From: Candidatus Nanopelagicaceae bacterium
GTDB lineage: Bacteria; Actinomycetota; Actinomycetes; Nanopelagicales; Nanopelagicaceae
Direction of reading: 5' to 3'
Assembly (NCBI GenBank): GCA_035530875.1
Contig: DATKUB010000057.1
Location: 22,540 to 86,539 of the forward strand
DNA length: 64,000 nt
Positions 53,877-64,000 of the stretch are shown piece by piece. The position numbers and the translations under genes are program-made. The first letter of the stretch is position 1. Each line of letters opens with the position of its first letter. Under the pieces are notes generated by a model. It was given only the letters and a program-made list of their open reading frames with translations, made no database searches and was not told the origin of the DNA.

Positions 53877-55214
53877 ATGACCTCATTGGCTGAAATGGAT
53901 TCTTGGCGCGCTCTGCCAGCGGCACAACAGCCGAAGTGGCCTGTTCCCGAGTTGCTGGCGGAGGTTCTGGCCGAGTTAAACACCATGCCGCCGCTGGTAT
54001 TTGCTGGGGAGTGCGACAACCTCAAGAGCCGGATCGCCGGCGCTGCTGCTGGCGAAGCCTTCTTTCTCCAGGGCGGGGACTGCGCCGAGACTTTTGTCGG
54101 CCAGACCGCAGATGCCATCAGGAACAAGGTTAAGACTCTCCTTCAGATGGCCGCAGTACTTCAGTATGGAGCGGGGATGCCCGTCATCAAGGTTGGGCGA
54201 ATGGCTGGGCAATACGCCAAACCTCGCAGTAACGAGTTTGAGACTCGAGATGGGATCACGCTTCCGGCCTATCGCGGGGAGGCCGTAAACGGTCATGACT
54301 TCACACTTGAATCGCGAACACCGAATCCGAAACGGCTACTAAGGGTTTACAACACATCGGCTGCGACGCTTAATCTGGTTCGCGCTTTCACGCAGGGCGG
54401 GTTTGCGGATTTACGTCAAGTTCACGAATGGAATAAGGGCTTTATTAGGGATTCCTCGGTCGGCGTCCGCTATGAACAGATGGCAAATGAAATTGGCAGA
54501 GCTCTAGCGTTCATGCGCACGACCGGTGCTGAACCAGATGAACTTCGTTCAGTAGATTTCTACGCTAGCCACGAGGCTTTGATCCTTGACTACGAACGAG
54601 CCTTGACCAGAATTGATTCCCGTACGGGGCTCCCATATGACGTATCTGGCCATTTCGTGTGGATAGGTGAACGCACTCGAGACTTAAACGGGGCTCACGT
54701 CGAGTTCTTCTCGAAAATTCGAAATCCAATTGGTGTGAAACTCGGTCCTTCAACAACTCCAACCGATGTTACTGGGCTAATCGAAAAGTTGGATCCCACG
54801 CGCGAGCCTGGGCGACTAACTTTTATTTCGCGGATGGGTGCTTCTAAAATTCGCGACCTATTGCCACAACTCATTGAAGCAGTTGGCTCCACAGGAGCTC
54901 AGGTCTTGTGGATCACGGACCCGATGCACGGCAACACTTATGAGGCACCGAGCGGGTACAAGACCCGTAAATTTGATGACGTGATGGAAGAGGTCACCGG
55001 ATTCTTTGAGGTACATAAGGCACTCGGCACTCATCCCGGGGGCATGCATATTGAATTAACCGGCGACGACGTCACTGAATGCGTTGGTGGAGGTGAAGAA
55101 ATTTCCCACGAGGATTTATCTTCCCGATACGAATCTCTCTGCGATCCACGCTTGAACCACACCCAATCCCTCGAGGTGTCATTTCTTGTCGCCGAAATGT
55201 TGCGCGATCGCTAG
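53877..55214 (+). CDS. aroG: Class II 3-deoxy-7-phosphoheptulonate (DAHP) synthase
   Basis: 445 aa with QQPKWP, FLLQGGDCAE and KPRS motifs typical of plant/actinobacterial class II enzymes. The position is equivalent to Rv2178c. Confidence 0.9.
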   Translation: MTSLAEMDSWRALPAAQQPKWPVPELLAEVLAELNTMPPLVFAGECDNLKSRIAGAAAGEAFFLQGGDCAETFVGQTADAIRNKVKTLLQMAAVLQYGAGMPVIKVGRMAGQYAKPRSNEFETRDGITLPAYRGEAVNGHDFTLESRTPNPKRLLRVYNTSAATLNLVRAFTQGGFADLRQVHEWNKGFIRDSSVGVRYEQMANEIGRALAFMRTTGAEPDELRSVDFYASHEALILDYERALTRIDSRTGLPYDVSGHFVWIGERTRDLNGAHVEFFSKIRNPIGVKLGPSTTPTDVTGLIEKLDPTREPGRLTFISRMGASKIRDLLPQLIEAVGSTGAQVLWITDPMHGNTYEAPSGYKTRKFDDVMEEVTGFFEVHKALGTHPGGMHIELTGDDVTECVGGGEEISHEDLSSRYESLCDPRLNHTQSLEVSFLVAEMLRDR

Positions 55215-55223
55215 CCTTGGGCA

Positions 55224-55724
55224 ATGGGTTCTCCACTCAAAGTACTAAACCTCAAAACGCCCGTTGGTGCCCTCTGCTTAATTAGCGATGAAACCACCCT
55301 GATTGCCGCGGCTTTCAGTGATGCCTCGCTGTTACAGAGCCGACTGAATCCCGCCCAGATCGCCCGCGGATTCGTCGCAGTCAAATCAATTCCCGGTGTT
55401 AGCGAATTGGTTCGGCGTTACTTCGACGGTGATCTTGGGGCGATCGACAAGATCAATGTTGAGCAACCTGGGGGTGCCTTTAGTCAGAAGGCGTGGCAGT
55501 CGATGCGCAAAATTAAGCCGGGCCATTTGCTTTCGTATAGTGAGCTCGCCGCCAAGTCCGGCTCCCCGGCAGCGGTGCGTGCAGCAGGCAGCGCCTGTGC
55601 CAGAAACTTAATTGCGCCCATAATCCCGTGCCACCGGATCGTTCGAAGCGATGGATCCCTGGGTGGATACGGATTTGGGCTCGCCGCCAAAACCTGGCTA
55701 TTGCAGCACGAAGGTGCTCTCTAG
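55224..55724 (+). CDS. ogt: Methylated-DNA--protein-cysteine methyltransferase
   Basis: SYSELA...NLIAPIIPCHRIV (PCHR active site). Confidence 0.85.
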   Translation: MGSPLKVLNLKTPVGALCLISDETTLIAAAFSDASLLQSRLNPAQIARGFVAVKSIPGVSELVRRYFDGDLGAIDKINVEQPGGAFSQKAWQSMRKIKPGHLLSYSELAAKSGSPAAVRAAGSACARNLIAPIIPCHRIVRSDGSLGGYGFGLAAKTWLLQHEGAL

Positions 55725-56755
55725 CGGAGAAGATCCGCCATTACATCTGCGGTTTGCACCGCGTTTTCGTCGGTGATATCTAGGTGAGTTATCAGACGAA
55801 CAGTCTGCGGGCCGAGAGCTCCGATTACTATGCCTAACTCGCGTGCCTTCGCGGCCAGGCTAGGCGCATCAAGTACGTGACTTGTCATATTCAGAACAAT
55901 TATGTTTGTCATGACAGAATCCAAATCGATGATTGAGGGAGCCACGCTTGCAATCGATTTGGCTATCGCTCTAGCGCGACGGTGGTCATCTGCAAGTCGG
56001 TCAATGTTGTTGTCCAAGGCATAGTGTCCGGCGGCGGCTAAAACGCCGACTTGGCGCATACCGGCTCCATAGCGCTTGCGCCAGACACGGGCATTGGCAA
56101 TTCGAGTTTTCGAAGAAACTAGCACCGAGCCAATTGGAGCGCCCAGACCTTTAGAGAGGCAAACGCTAACCGTGTCAAAATGTTGGGCATAAGAAGCCAT
56201 TGGAATTCCGGCAGCGACGTGGGCATTCCAGAGACGGGCACCATCTAGGTGCATAGAGATCCCAGCATCTTTGGTTGCGGCGCGAAGGCGGAAAATGGAA
56301 TCCAGCGATTGAATGGTGCCGCCCCCGAAATTATGAGTGTTTTCAATGGCAATGGCAGTTGTGGACACAAGGTGGGGTCCGGCATTGGGGCGCATCATGT
56401 TGATTACTACGTCGGGATCAACTATGCCATTTGTAGTGTGCCAAGTCCGCGAAGTTATTCCGCTAAACGTAGCTGCGGCACCCAATTCAGCGCGCAGTAC
56501 GTGAGCATCTACATCCGCGAGTATTTCTTCGCCGGGGTTGACTAGAAGGCGCATGCCCAATTGATTTGCCAATGATCCCGTTGGTGTGAAGAGCCCGGCT
56601 TCGTGCCCAAGCAGTTCTGCGATGCGGCTCTCCAACGAATTGACCGTTGGATCCTCGCCATATACATCGTCACCCACCTCTGCGCCGGCCATGGCTTCGC
56701 GCATCTCCGCCGAGGGTTTTGTGAGCGTGTCCGAACGTAGGTCAATAAGTGGCAT
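55721..56755 (-). CDS. ltaE: Low-specificity L-threonine aldolase
   Basis: ORF 55721..56809 with an ATG at 56755 ([15 protein letters not shown]). The PLP lysine context is [11 protein letters not shown]. Confidence 0.85.
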   Translation of the reverse strand: MPLIDLRSDTLTKPSAEMREAMAGAEVGDDVYGEDPTVNSLESRIAELLGHEAGLFTPTGSLANQLGMRLLVNPGEEILADVDAHVLRAELGAAATFSGITSRTWHTTNGIVDPDVVINMMRPNAGPHLVSTTAIAIENTHNFGGGTIQSLDSIFRLRAATKDAGISMHLDGARLWNAHVAAGIPMASYAQHFDTVSVCLSKGLGAPIGSVLVSSKTRIANARVWRKRYGAGMRQVGVLAAAGHYALDNNIDRLADDHRRARAIAKSIASVAPSIIDLDSVMTNIIVLNMTSHVLDAPSLAAKARELGIVIGALGPQTVRLITHLDITDENAVQTADVMADLLR

Positions 56756-56805
56756 AGCCGTTATCCTGCCACGTTCGATAGAACTTGTTGGAATCGATTG
56801 AGAAA

Positions 56806-57705
56806 TCAAGGTTCCAGATGTGGCAAAGCGGGTAGTACTGACTTAGGACCTAGTTCAACCAAATACATGGCGGCGAGAACAAACAAGCCGCCCACAATAA
56901 TCTTGGCAGTGAGTCGTTCGCCGCCAAGCAGAACTGCAAAGATTCCCGCAAACACTGGCTCCATGGTCAGGATGACCGCCACTCGGGCTGGCATTAAGAG
57001 GGTTTGTGCCCATGTTTGAATGAGAAAGGCAATTGCCGTGGCGAAAATTGCGGTTAACACAATTGCGCCCCAAACTCCGTAGTCCGGCGGTGCCTGATAA
57101 CCCCGAGTCAAAACTATGAGCCAACACATGATAGAAACGACGGCTAACTGGACAATAGCTATCAAGTAGGAATCGTGAAGCGCGCTCCATTCACCAAGTC
57201 CAACAATGTGCAATGCAAAGCCGACCGCACAAAGGAGCGTGAGTAGTTCCCCTCGCCCGATAGCGAACCCATGCAGGGAGAGCAGTGCTAGTCCGAAAGT
57301 TGCTAGAGCAACGGCATACCAAGTTCGATTATCCACTCGCCGCCTGAGTATCAAGGCTGCAATCAGCGGTGTGAACACTACAAACATCCCAGTAATGAAT
57401 CCGCTCACCGCTGCCGATGTGATGTGCAGTCCATAAGTCTGAGTGATGTAGCCAACGCCAAGTGCAATTCCGAGAAGGAAACCATGCGCAAGAATCTTGG
57501 TGTTCAGCCTTTTCAATACCATGGGTCTCACCAAGATCATGCAAAGGGTAGCGAGGGTAAATCTAGTTGCTAGAAAGTCTGCTTCCGGTTGCCGCGAAAT
57601 CGCAGCCTTCATGACAACAAATGTCGAACCCCAGACCGCAGTAACGCCAACTAATGCAAGACTTGCGGCAAGCGGCGACCTGCTGAATTTTCGCTTCGTC
57701 ACCAA
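56806..57705 (-). CDS. EamA/DMT-family transporter
   Basis: 299 aa and about 10 TM helices in two EamA repeats. Confidence 0.8.
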   Translation of the reverse strand: MVTKRKFSRSPLAASLALVGVTAVWGSTFVVMKAAISRQPEADFLATRFTLATLCMILVRPMVLKRLNTKILAHGFLLGIALGVGYITQTYGLHITSAAVSGFITGMFVVFTPLIAALILRRRVDNRTWYAVALATFGLALLSLHGFAIGRGELLTLLCAVGFALHIVGLGEWSALHDSYLIAIVQLAVVSIMCWLIVLTRGYQAPPDYGVWGAIVLTAIFATAIAFLIQTWAQTLLMPARVAVILTMEPVFAGIFAVLLGGERLTAKIIVGGLFVLAAMYLVELGPKSVLPALPHLEP

Positions 57706-57711
57706 TGAACT

Positions 57712-58566
57712 CTATCTGGCTCGGGAGCGGAACTCCTTAAGCAGGGCAATCTCTTTTTCGTGTTCAATCTCCATGCCAGGAGTTTCCAAAATAAGCGGGA
57801 CGCCCGCTACTGCGGAATGAGTAAATAGATCGGCGAACGGCTCTAAGCCGATGGCACCGACGCCGATGTTTTCATGGCGGTCTTTAAGCGCACCGCAGAC
57901 ATCCTTGGAATCATTGGCGTGAATCAATTTCAATCGGTCGGGACCAACCACGTCTATTAGAAGGTCCAAAGTCTCTTTTACTCCGCCGGGTGCCGTGAGG
58001 TCGTGGCCAGCGGCGAAAACGTGGCAGGTGTCGAGACAGACGCCAACCTTCGGGTGGTTTTCAAGGGCTTCAAAGTAATAAGCCAAATCGTCAAGCCGTT
58101 TACACAATGACTGTCCCTGCCCGGCAGTGGGCTCGAGAAGAAAATACGGCGCTGAATCGTCAAGGGCTTCTAAAATGGGCATTACGCCGTCATGAATTTG
58201 CTTCCATGCGCGCTCGACATAGCCAGGATCCACAGCAGAACCGGTATGAACGACGATGCCCTGAGCGCCGATCCTGGCGGTGCGTTCGAGGGCGTATGAG
58301 ATCGACTCAAGCGAATTCTGGTAAGTCTTCTCGGTGGGCGAACCGAGATTGATGAGATAGGGCGCATGGACCCAAGTAACCAGATCGGATTCGAGGCAAC
58401 GTTCCCTAAATTTGTTATCTACCGCGGCATCCACAATTGGCATCGCCCAACCGCGCGGGTTGGACACAAAGATCTGGATGCTTTCGGCGCCTACCTGATC
58501 TGCATAGGCGAAGGCTCGTGCTGCCGGAACGTGCGCGCCGACGCGAGCGAGTGGCTCTCTACCCAC
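57712..58566 (-). CDS. nfo: Endonuclease IV (AP endonuclease family 2)
   Basis: VGAHV..., HAPYLINL, IVVHTG, CLDTCH and IHANDS metal-site motifs. Confidence 0.85.
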   Translation of the reverse strand: MGREPLARVGAHVPAARAFAYADQVGAESIQIFVSNPRGWAMPIVDAAVDNKFRERCLESDLVTWVHAPYLINLGSPTEKTYQNSLESISYALERTARIGAQGIVVHTGSAVDPGYVERAWKQIHDGVMPILEALDDSAPYFLLEPTAGQGQSLCKRLDDLAYYFEALENHPKVGVCLDTCHVFAAGHDLTAPGGVKETLDLLIDVVGPDRLKLIHANDSKDVCGALKDRHENIGVGAIGLEPFADLFTHSAVAGVPLILETPGMEIEHEKEIALLKEFRSRAR

Positions 58567-58568
58567 GG

Positions 58569-60407
58569 TTAGTAGACATCCAGCGTTACCAGCGAGCCAA
58601 CTTTGGTGACTGTTCCACCTGGAATGCTCTGGCCAACCACTTTGCCAGTTCCATGGGTAGATAACAGGTTTATTTTGAAGGTAAGGCCAGCGTCCTCCAG
58701 AGCCTTGCCGGCATCGGCTGAAAGTTGCCCAATGACGTTGGGAACCGTCACATTCTGCGGTCCTTTTGAAACGATCAGCGTCACGATTGTGCCCGTGTCT
58801 TGGTTCGTGCCTCCGGCTGGCTTTTGTGAGATCACTATTCCGGCAGCAACCGTATCGCTATACCTCATCTTTGAAGTCGGTTTGAGTCCGGCCGCAGCCA
58901 ACTCGCTCAATGCTTGGTCGCTGCTTTTGCCGACATAACTGGCAAGGGCAACCGGTGCAACGCCCTTACTTATTGTCGCGTTAATGATGGTGTCTCTAGA
59001 TACCTGAGTACCGGCCTGGGGATCGATTGAGATTATGTAACCTTTCGGGATGGTGTCGCTGAAGACTTGATTCTGCTGGTTTAACGTCAGGTGCGTTGGG
59101 GTGAGAACGCTCTCGGCTTCTGCAACAGTCAGCGAAACCAACGGCGGTACGACGTAGGTTTCAAGACCCTTTGATACAACGACCTTGACCGTCCCGCCGC
59201 TGGCCAGATGACCTCCGCCGGCTGGCTGACTGCTAATTACAACGCCGGCGGGAATCAACGAACTGTAGACCTGTGAGCCAATGGTCATTTCCAGGCCAAC
59301 TTTGGTGAGCCTAGCCCCAGCATCTTTGGTAGTCATACCCGCCACCGAAGGCACCGAAACGCCAGAGGCCGGCCCGATTGCAACATACCAACCCGCGATC
59401 CCAAGCAGAACCGCGGCGGCGACAAACATTGCACGACGAACACTTGGACGGGTCTTTTTCGACGCTTTTCGTTTTCTATTCTTCGAAGAAGACTGCGCAA
59501 CTTTCTTGGCCATTACTTTTGGCTGCTCGCTTTCCTGGTGATGAGATTCGCGCGACCCCAGAGTCGCTTGCGCGCTCTGAACATCGCGAAAAAACTCGTT
59601 CGCATCTTTGGGTCGAAGATCCGGATCTACTTCCGTGGCGTGGGCGACGAGGGCGTCAATTGAAGCCGGAATGTTCCAGCGCACCGAAGATGGAGCTGGA
59701 ACCTTGTCATGGACATGCCGGAAGGCAACTTGGATTGGGGTTTCACCGACAAAAGGTTGGGCGCCGGTGAGCATCTCATAAAGCACTATTCCGGCCGCGT
59801 AAACGTCGCTACGAGCATCAGCTATTCCGCGTTGTACTTGTTCGGGAGCTAGATACGCGACGGTACCGAGGAGCCCCCCGGAGTCGGCTGGAACGCTTGA
59901 TGAACTTGTTAAGGCTCGAGCTAAGCCAAAGTCGGCGACCTTCACCCGGCCGTCGCGGGCGAGGATGACGTTCTCCGGCTTCACATCGCGGTGCACTATT
60001 CCGGCTCGATGAGCCGCGCCAAGTGCACTTAAAATTGCTTCCATAATGTCAAGGGCGGCCGCCGGATCCAGCGGCGCGCGGTCTCTAATCACCTGACGTA
60101 GGGTCGGTCCATCGACGAATTCCATAACTAGGAAAACAGCGGGCGGCCCGCCCTGGTTCCAGCCCTGGTCGTGGACGGCCACGATATTGGGGTGAGTGAG
60201 GGATGCCGCGGACTTTGCTTCGCGAATAAATCTGGCGACGAAATCCTCGTCTCTGGCCAGGTGAGAGTGCATCACCTTGACCGCTACGGGGCGATCCAGC
60301 CTCGTATCAAGGGCCGAATAGACCGTGGCCATGCCGCCCCGAGCCAAGATGGCGCCGATTTCGTATCGGCCATCGAGCAGGACACCAGTCAGATTGGACA
60401 CGTGCAA
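58569..60407 (-). CDS. Ser/Thr protein kinase with TM helix and four extracellular PASTA domains
   Basis: Hanks kinase motifs (VAVKV, HRDVKPEN, DFGLA, APE), a basic linker, one TM helix and four VP(N/S)V(x)G...-type PASTA repeats. The start is TTG 60407 or GTG 60401. Confidence 0.9.
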   Translation of the reverse strand: MHVSNLTGVLLDGRYEIGAILARGGMATVYSALDTRLDRPVAVKVMHSHLARDEDFVARFIREAKSAASLTHPNIVAVHDQGWNQGGPPAVFLVMEFVDGPTLRQVIRDRAPLDPAAALDIMEAILSALGAAHRAGIVHRDVKPENVILARDGRVKVADFGLARALTSSSSVPADSGGLLGTVAYLAPEQVQRGIADARSDVYAAGIVLYEMLTGAQPFVGETPIQVAFRHVHDKVPAPSSVRWNIPASIDALVAHATEVDPDLRPKDANEFFRDVQSAQATLGSRESHHQESEQPKVMAKKVAQSSSKNRKRKASKKTRPSVRRAMFVAAAVLLGIAGWYVAIGPASGVSVPSVAGMTTKDAGARLTKVGLEMTIGSQVYSSLIPAGVVISSQPAGGGHLASGGTVKVVVSKGLETYVVPPLVSLTVAEAESVLTPTHLTLNQQNQVFSDTIPKGYIISIDPQAGTQVSRDTIINATISKGVAPVALASYVGKSSDQALSELAAAGLKPTSKMRYSDTVAAGIVISQKPAGGTNQDTGTIVTLIVSKGPQNVTVPNVIGQLSADAGKALEDAGLTFKINLLSTHGTGKVVGQSIPGGTVTKVGSLVTLDVY

Positions 60408-60425
60408 ATTCTAGGCGGTCGAGAT

Positions 60426-61481
<1,056 letters not shown>

Positions 61482-61485
<4 letters not shown>

Positions 61486-62627
61486 CGTCGGTTTCCGCCC
61501 ATCGTCGCGGCCAATCGTTTAGGTGTGAAAGTGCTTGCGTATCCAGGTATCGGAGCACCCGTTAGGTAGGCGTGCATAACATCTCCGGTTGTCGGAGTCA
61601 GCAGAACTCCATTTCGATGATGCCCAGTGGCCGCATAAAGGCCTACGCTATTTTCGATTGGTCCCATGAGCGGGGCGTTGTCGGGTGAACCTGGACGGAG
61701 GCCAGCACTTACTTCAAGGATCTTCATCTCGGATACATGCGGAAAGATTTCGCGTGCGTCCCGAAGAAGTTGGTAAATCCCGCCAGCGGTCGGTTCCGTA
61801 TCAAATCCAGTTTCAAGCTCGGTTGCGCCAATAACAATTTCGCCGTTTTTGCGTGGAACCAGATATATCGGAACACCGCGCACCGACCCCCTGATGGTGT
61901 GAGTTAGCACCTGATAAACGCCGTCCCTAGGCGCAACTCGCAGAATTTCGCCCATGACTGGGCGGACACCAAGAGATTCGCCACCGACAATCTGTGATGA
62001 CCAGGCGCCAGCCGCAATCACAATCTGCTCGGCTGGCACTAATTTGTTCACAGTACTAACCGCGCGAACCTGACGGTCTGGTCCGGGCTCAAATTCAATA
62101 CCAGTGACACGTTCATTCAAGAACTCCACGGCATTTGCTTTGCAGGCAGAGATTAGGGCGGCTACTAGAGCGCGGTTGTCGACCGAGAAATCACTTCTTA
62201 CCAGCGTTCCACCGAGAATGCCGGGGGAGAGAAAAGGTTCGAGTTCACGGATCTCCATTCCGGAAAGTTCCGTGACGTCTAGATTGAGCGAGCGTTGAAA
62301 TTCTCTCGTGCGATCCAAGGCGCGTAGATCGTCATGATTGAAGGCAAACTGGATAGTGCCCTCGGTGCGAAATCCAATCTCAAGTCCGCTTTCGGCTTCA
62401 AGTTCATTGGCAAATTTTGGCCAGAGGGAGAGCGATGTGAGATCCAGGGCCAGCCTGTCCTCTTCGCCAAACCAAGCTTCACTGATCGGCGCGAGCATTC
62501 CACCGGCCACGTTGGATGCTCCCATGCCTGGTTCTGGGTCGATCACTACGACCTGGCTACCGATTCTGCCGATGCGCCAAGCGGTGACCAGCCCGGCCAG
62601 CCCGCCGCCAATTATCGCTACCTTCAT
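61482..62627 (-). CDS. thiO: Glycine oxidase
   Basis: ORF 61482..62873 trimmed to the ATG at 62627 (GGGAGGA SD; MKVAIIGGGLAGL FAD fold). It is first in the thiOSG order. Confidence 0.85.
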
Positions 62628-62631
62628 GGAA

Positions 62632-62718
62632 ATCCTCCCTACGCCGGAATTACCCGGATCAGGTCCTACGGTCGCAAGAAGTTCTCGCCTCTCAGCCCTG
62701 GTTGGGCTCCCGTGTCTA
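62632..62718 (-). promoter_or_regulatory. TPP (THI-box) riboswitch
   Basis: The minus strand reads ACACGGGAGCCCAACCAGGGCUGAGAGGCGAGAACUUCUUGCGACCGUAGGACCUGAUCCGGGUAAUUCCGGCGUAGGGAGGAUUUCCAUG. The CUGAGA and ACCUGAUCCGGGUAAU.CCGGCGUAGGGA cores are present. The 3' end overlaps the thiO SD. Confidence 0.9.
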
Positions 62719-62778
62719 ATCACTATAGAACTGCCATCGATTGGGTGCGAGCCGGCTCCACCTGGCAAGGTAGGCGCT

Positions 62779-63150
62779 GTGAACACCGATCCCGTCGCCA
62801 TAGCAGTTGAGTCCTTGGTAACCGAGTGGCTCACCCTCACCGATGTAGCTGAGATGCTGGGAGTCGAGATCAACCAAGTTCGTCAGTATTTATCGGATGG
62901 AGATATCGTCGCGGTCCGCCGAGGCGAACGAAGCGTCACCTCGATTCCAGCCCTGTTCATTGTTGACGGCCAATTGGTCAAGCATCTAAGAGGCACTCTT
63001 ACCGTGCTGGCCGACTCCGGATATTCCACTTTGGAAGCGATCAAGTGGCTCCATACAGATGACGATTCACTACCGGGTTCGCCCATTGAGGCACTACGGT
63101 CAAATCGTGGTACCGAAGTTAAACGTAGAGCTCAAGCCCTGGCGCTTTGA
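62779..63150 (+). CDS. Rv2175c-like DNA-binding protein (wHTH; known kinase substrate family)
   Basis: Only the C-terminal third of track ORF 62338..63150 is credible. WLTLTDVAEMLGVEINQVRQYL...LPGSPIEALRSNRGTEVKRRAQALAL matches the Rv2175c family as I recall it. The GTG 62779 start is tentative. Confidence 0.7.
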   Translation: MNTDPVAIAVESLVTEWLTLTDVAEMLGVEINQVRQYLSDGDIVAVRRGERSVTSIPALFIVDGQLVKHLRGTLTVLADSGYSTLEAIKWLHTDDDSLPGSPIEALRSNRGTEVKRRAQALAL

Positions 63151-63174
63151 CGGATCGTTGAAGATGGAACCCCT

Positions 63175-63813
63175 GTGACCGATCTGCGGCAACAATTGGC
63201 GAGCGCACGACTTTACCTTTGCACTGATTCGCGTCTGGGCCCGGGCGATTTTAAGACCTTCGTCGAGGCCGCCTATAGAGGCGGTGTGGATGTCATTCAA
63301 CTTCGAGATAAGCACATCGATGCCGCGACCGAACTTGCAGTGCTTGAAGTTCTCGCGGAACAAGCCGATCGTTTCGACCGACTATGGGCGGTTAACGATC
63401 GTGCCGATATTGCCGCTCTTGCCGGCGCACCAATAATCCACGTCGGACAGGATGACCTTAGCGCCCGGCAAACTCGCCAAATCGTGACGGGGAATACGCT
63501 TCTCGGTCGATCAAGTCACAGTCGCATTGAGGCCGAGTCCGAAGCTCAAGATCCTAAGGTCGACTACTTCGCCGTTGGGCCCTGTTGGCCGACTCCGACC
63601 AAACCCGGACGCTTGGCGCCCGGACTGTCGCTTGTGACTGAGGTCGCCCAGATGTCAGTGGGCAAACCATGGTTTGCGATTGGCGGAATAGACCAAACGA
63701 ATGTTGATCAAGTCCTTGCTGCGGGGGCGAATCGGGTAGTTGTAGTGCGGGCGATCACCGAGGCTTCAGATCCTGAGCGCGCAGCCGCCGAATTAAGAGC
63801 AAAGCTGCCGTAG
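63175..63813 (+). CDS. thiE: Thiamine-phosphate synthase
   Basis: GVDVIQLRDK, GRSSHS and AIGGI motifs; GTG start. Confidence 0.9.
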   Translation: MTDLRQQLASARLYLCTDSRLGPGDFKTFVEAAYRGGVDVIQLRDKHIDAATELAVLEVLAEQADRFDRLWAVNDRADIAALAGAPIIHVGQDDLSARQTRQIVTGNTLLGRSSHSRIEAESEAQDPKVDYFAVGPCWPTPTKPGRLAPGLSLVTEVAQMSVGKPWFAIGGIDQTNVDQVLAAGANRVVVVRAITEASDPERAAAELRAKLP

Positions 63814-63817
63814 TCAA

Positions 63818-64000
63818 CTACAAACTTCGGCGAGCGGCGACTAGTGCCAACTCTGCAAGGTGCTCGCTTGCATTCCTTTCTATTTGGGATTCTTCAAGAG
63901 CCGACAATGCTTTTGCGAGGCCGTCTTCAATCATCTGCTCTACAAACGCAACTGCACCTGTGTCTATGATTATTTCGCGCATTCTCATCACGTCATTCAC
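63818..64000 (-). CDS. C-terminal fragment of a polyprenyl diphosphate synthase-like protein (gene continues beyond window)
   Basis: A helical C-terminus (...ASEHLAELALVAARRSL). The position is equivalent to Rv2173 idsA2. The family call rests mainly on synteny. Confidence 0.4.
   Translation of the reverse strand: MNDVMRMREIIIDTGAVAFVEQMIEDGLAKALSALEESQIERNASEHLAELALVAARRSL

Noticed and set aside
62338-62778. The N-terminal 147 aa of track ORF 62338..63150.
   Set aside because: This portion is antisense to thiO and to the TPP riboswitch and is low-complexity. Only the C-terminal ~123 aa match the Rv2175c-like family.

Overview
This is a chromosomal segment of an actinobacterium (Actinomycetota) with moderate G+C and tightly packed genes. 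From memory, gene order is colinear with the Mycobacterium tuberculosis Rv2211c (gcvT) to Rv2173 (idsA2) region. The shared backbone runs gcvT, cobT-like, DUF3043, glycerate kinase, HesB/ErpA, adoK, ctaC-(ctaD)-ctaF, qcrB-qcrA-qcrC-ctaE, trpD and an Rv2191-like exonuclease. It continues with RipC-like NlpC/P60, PimB'-like GT4, fadD15, SRPBCC, ROK glucokinase, plsC, pfkA, class II DAHP synthase, a PASTA Ser/Thr kinase, an Rv2175c-like DNA-binding protein and a polyprenyl synthase. A thiO-thiS-thiG operon with a clear TPP riboswitch, and thiE, are also present.

About 16 kb of accessory DNA sits between ctaF and qcrB.
- Module (a), 13.2-21.1 kb, is a methylated-amine catabolic unit: two dimethylglycine-oxidase-type paralogs, a TetR regulator and a trimethylamine-dehydrogenase-family flavoprotein with altered cofactor-ligand residues.
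- Module (b), 21.05-28.1 kb, is the most unusual structure. Seven co-oriented copies of a ~33-bp motif separate six cassettes: SDR, GNAT, ANT-type nucleotidyltransferase, an AbiE-like two-gene toxin-antitoxin/abortive-infection module, GNAT and a P-loop kinase. No integrase or transposase is present in the window.

Other notable items:
- a DUF3494 (ice-binding-like) secreted protein paired with a class F sortase
- a NifS-like protein lacking the PLP lysine, coupled to TusA
- two small ORFs that a standard ORF filter would hide or miss
- a phosphatidylcholine-synthase-like gene
- a sensor-less histidine kinase/LuxR pair coupled to fadD15

No rRNA, tRNA, CRISPR array or recognisable IS element was seen.
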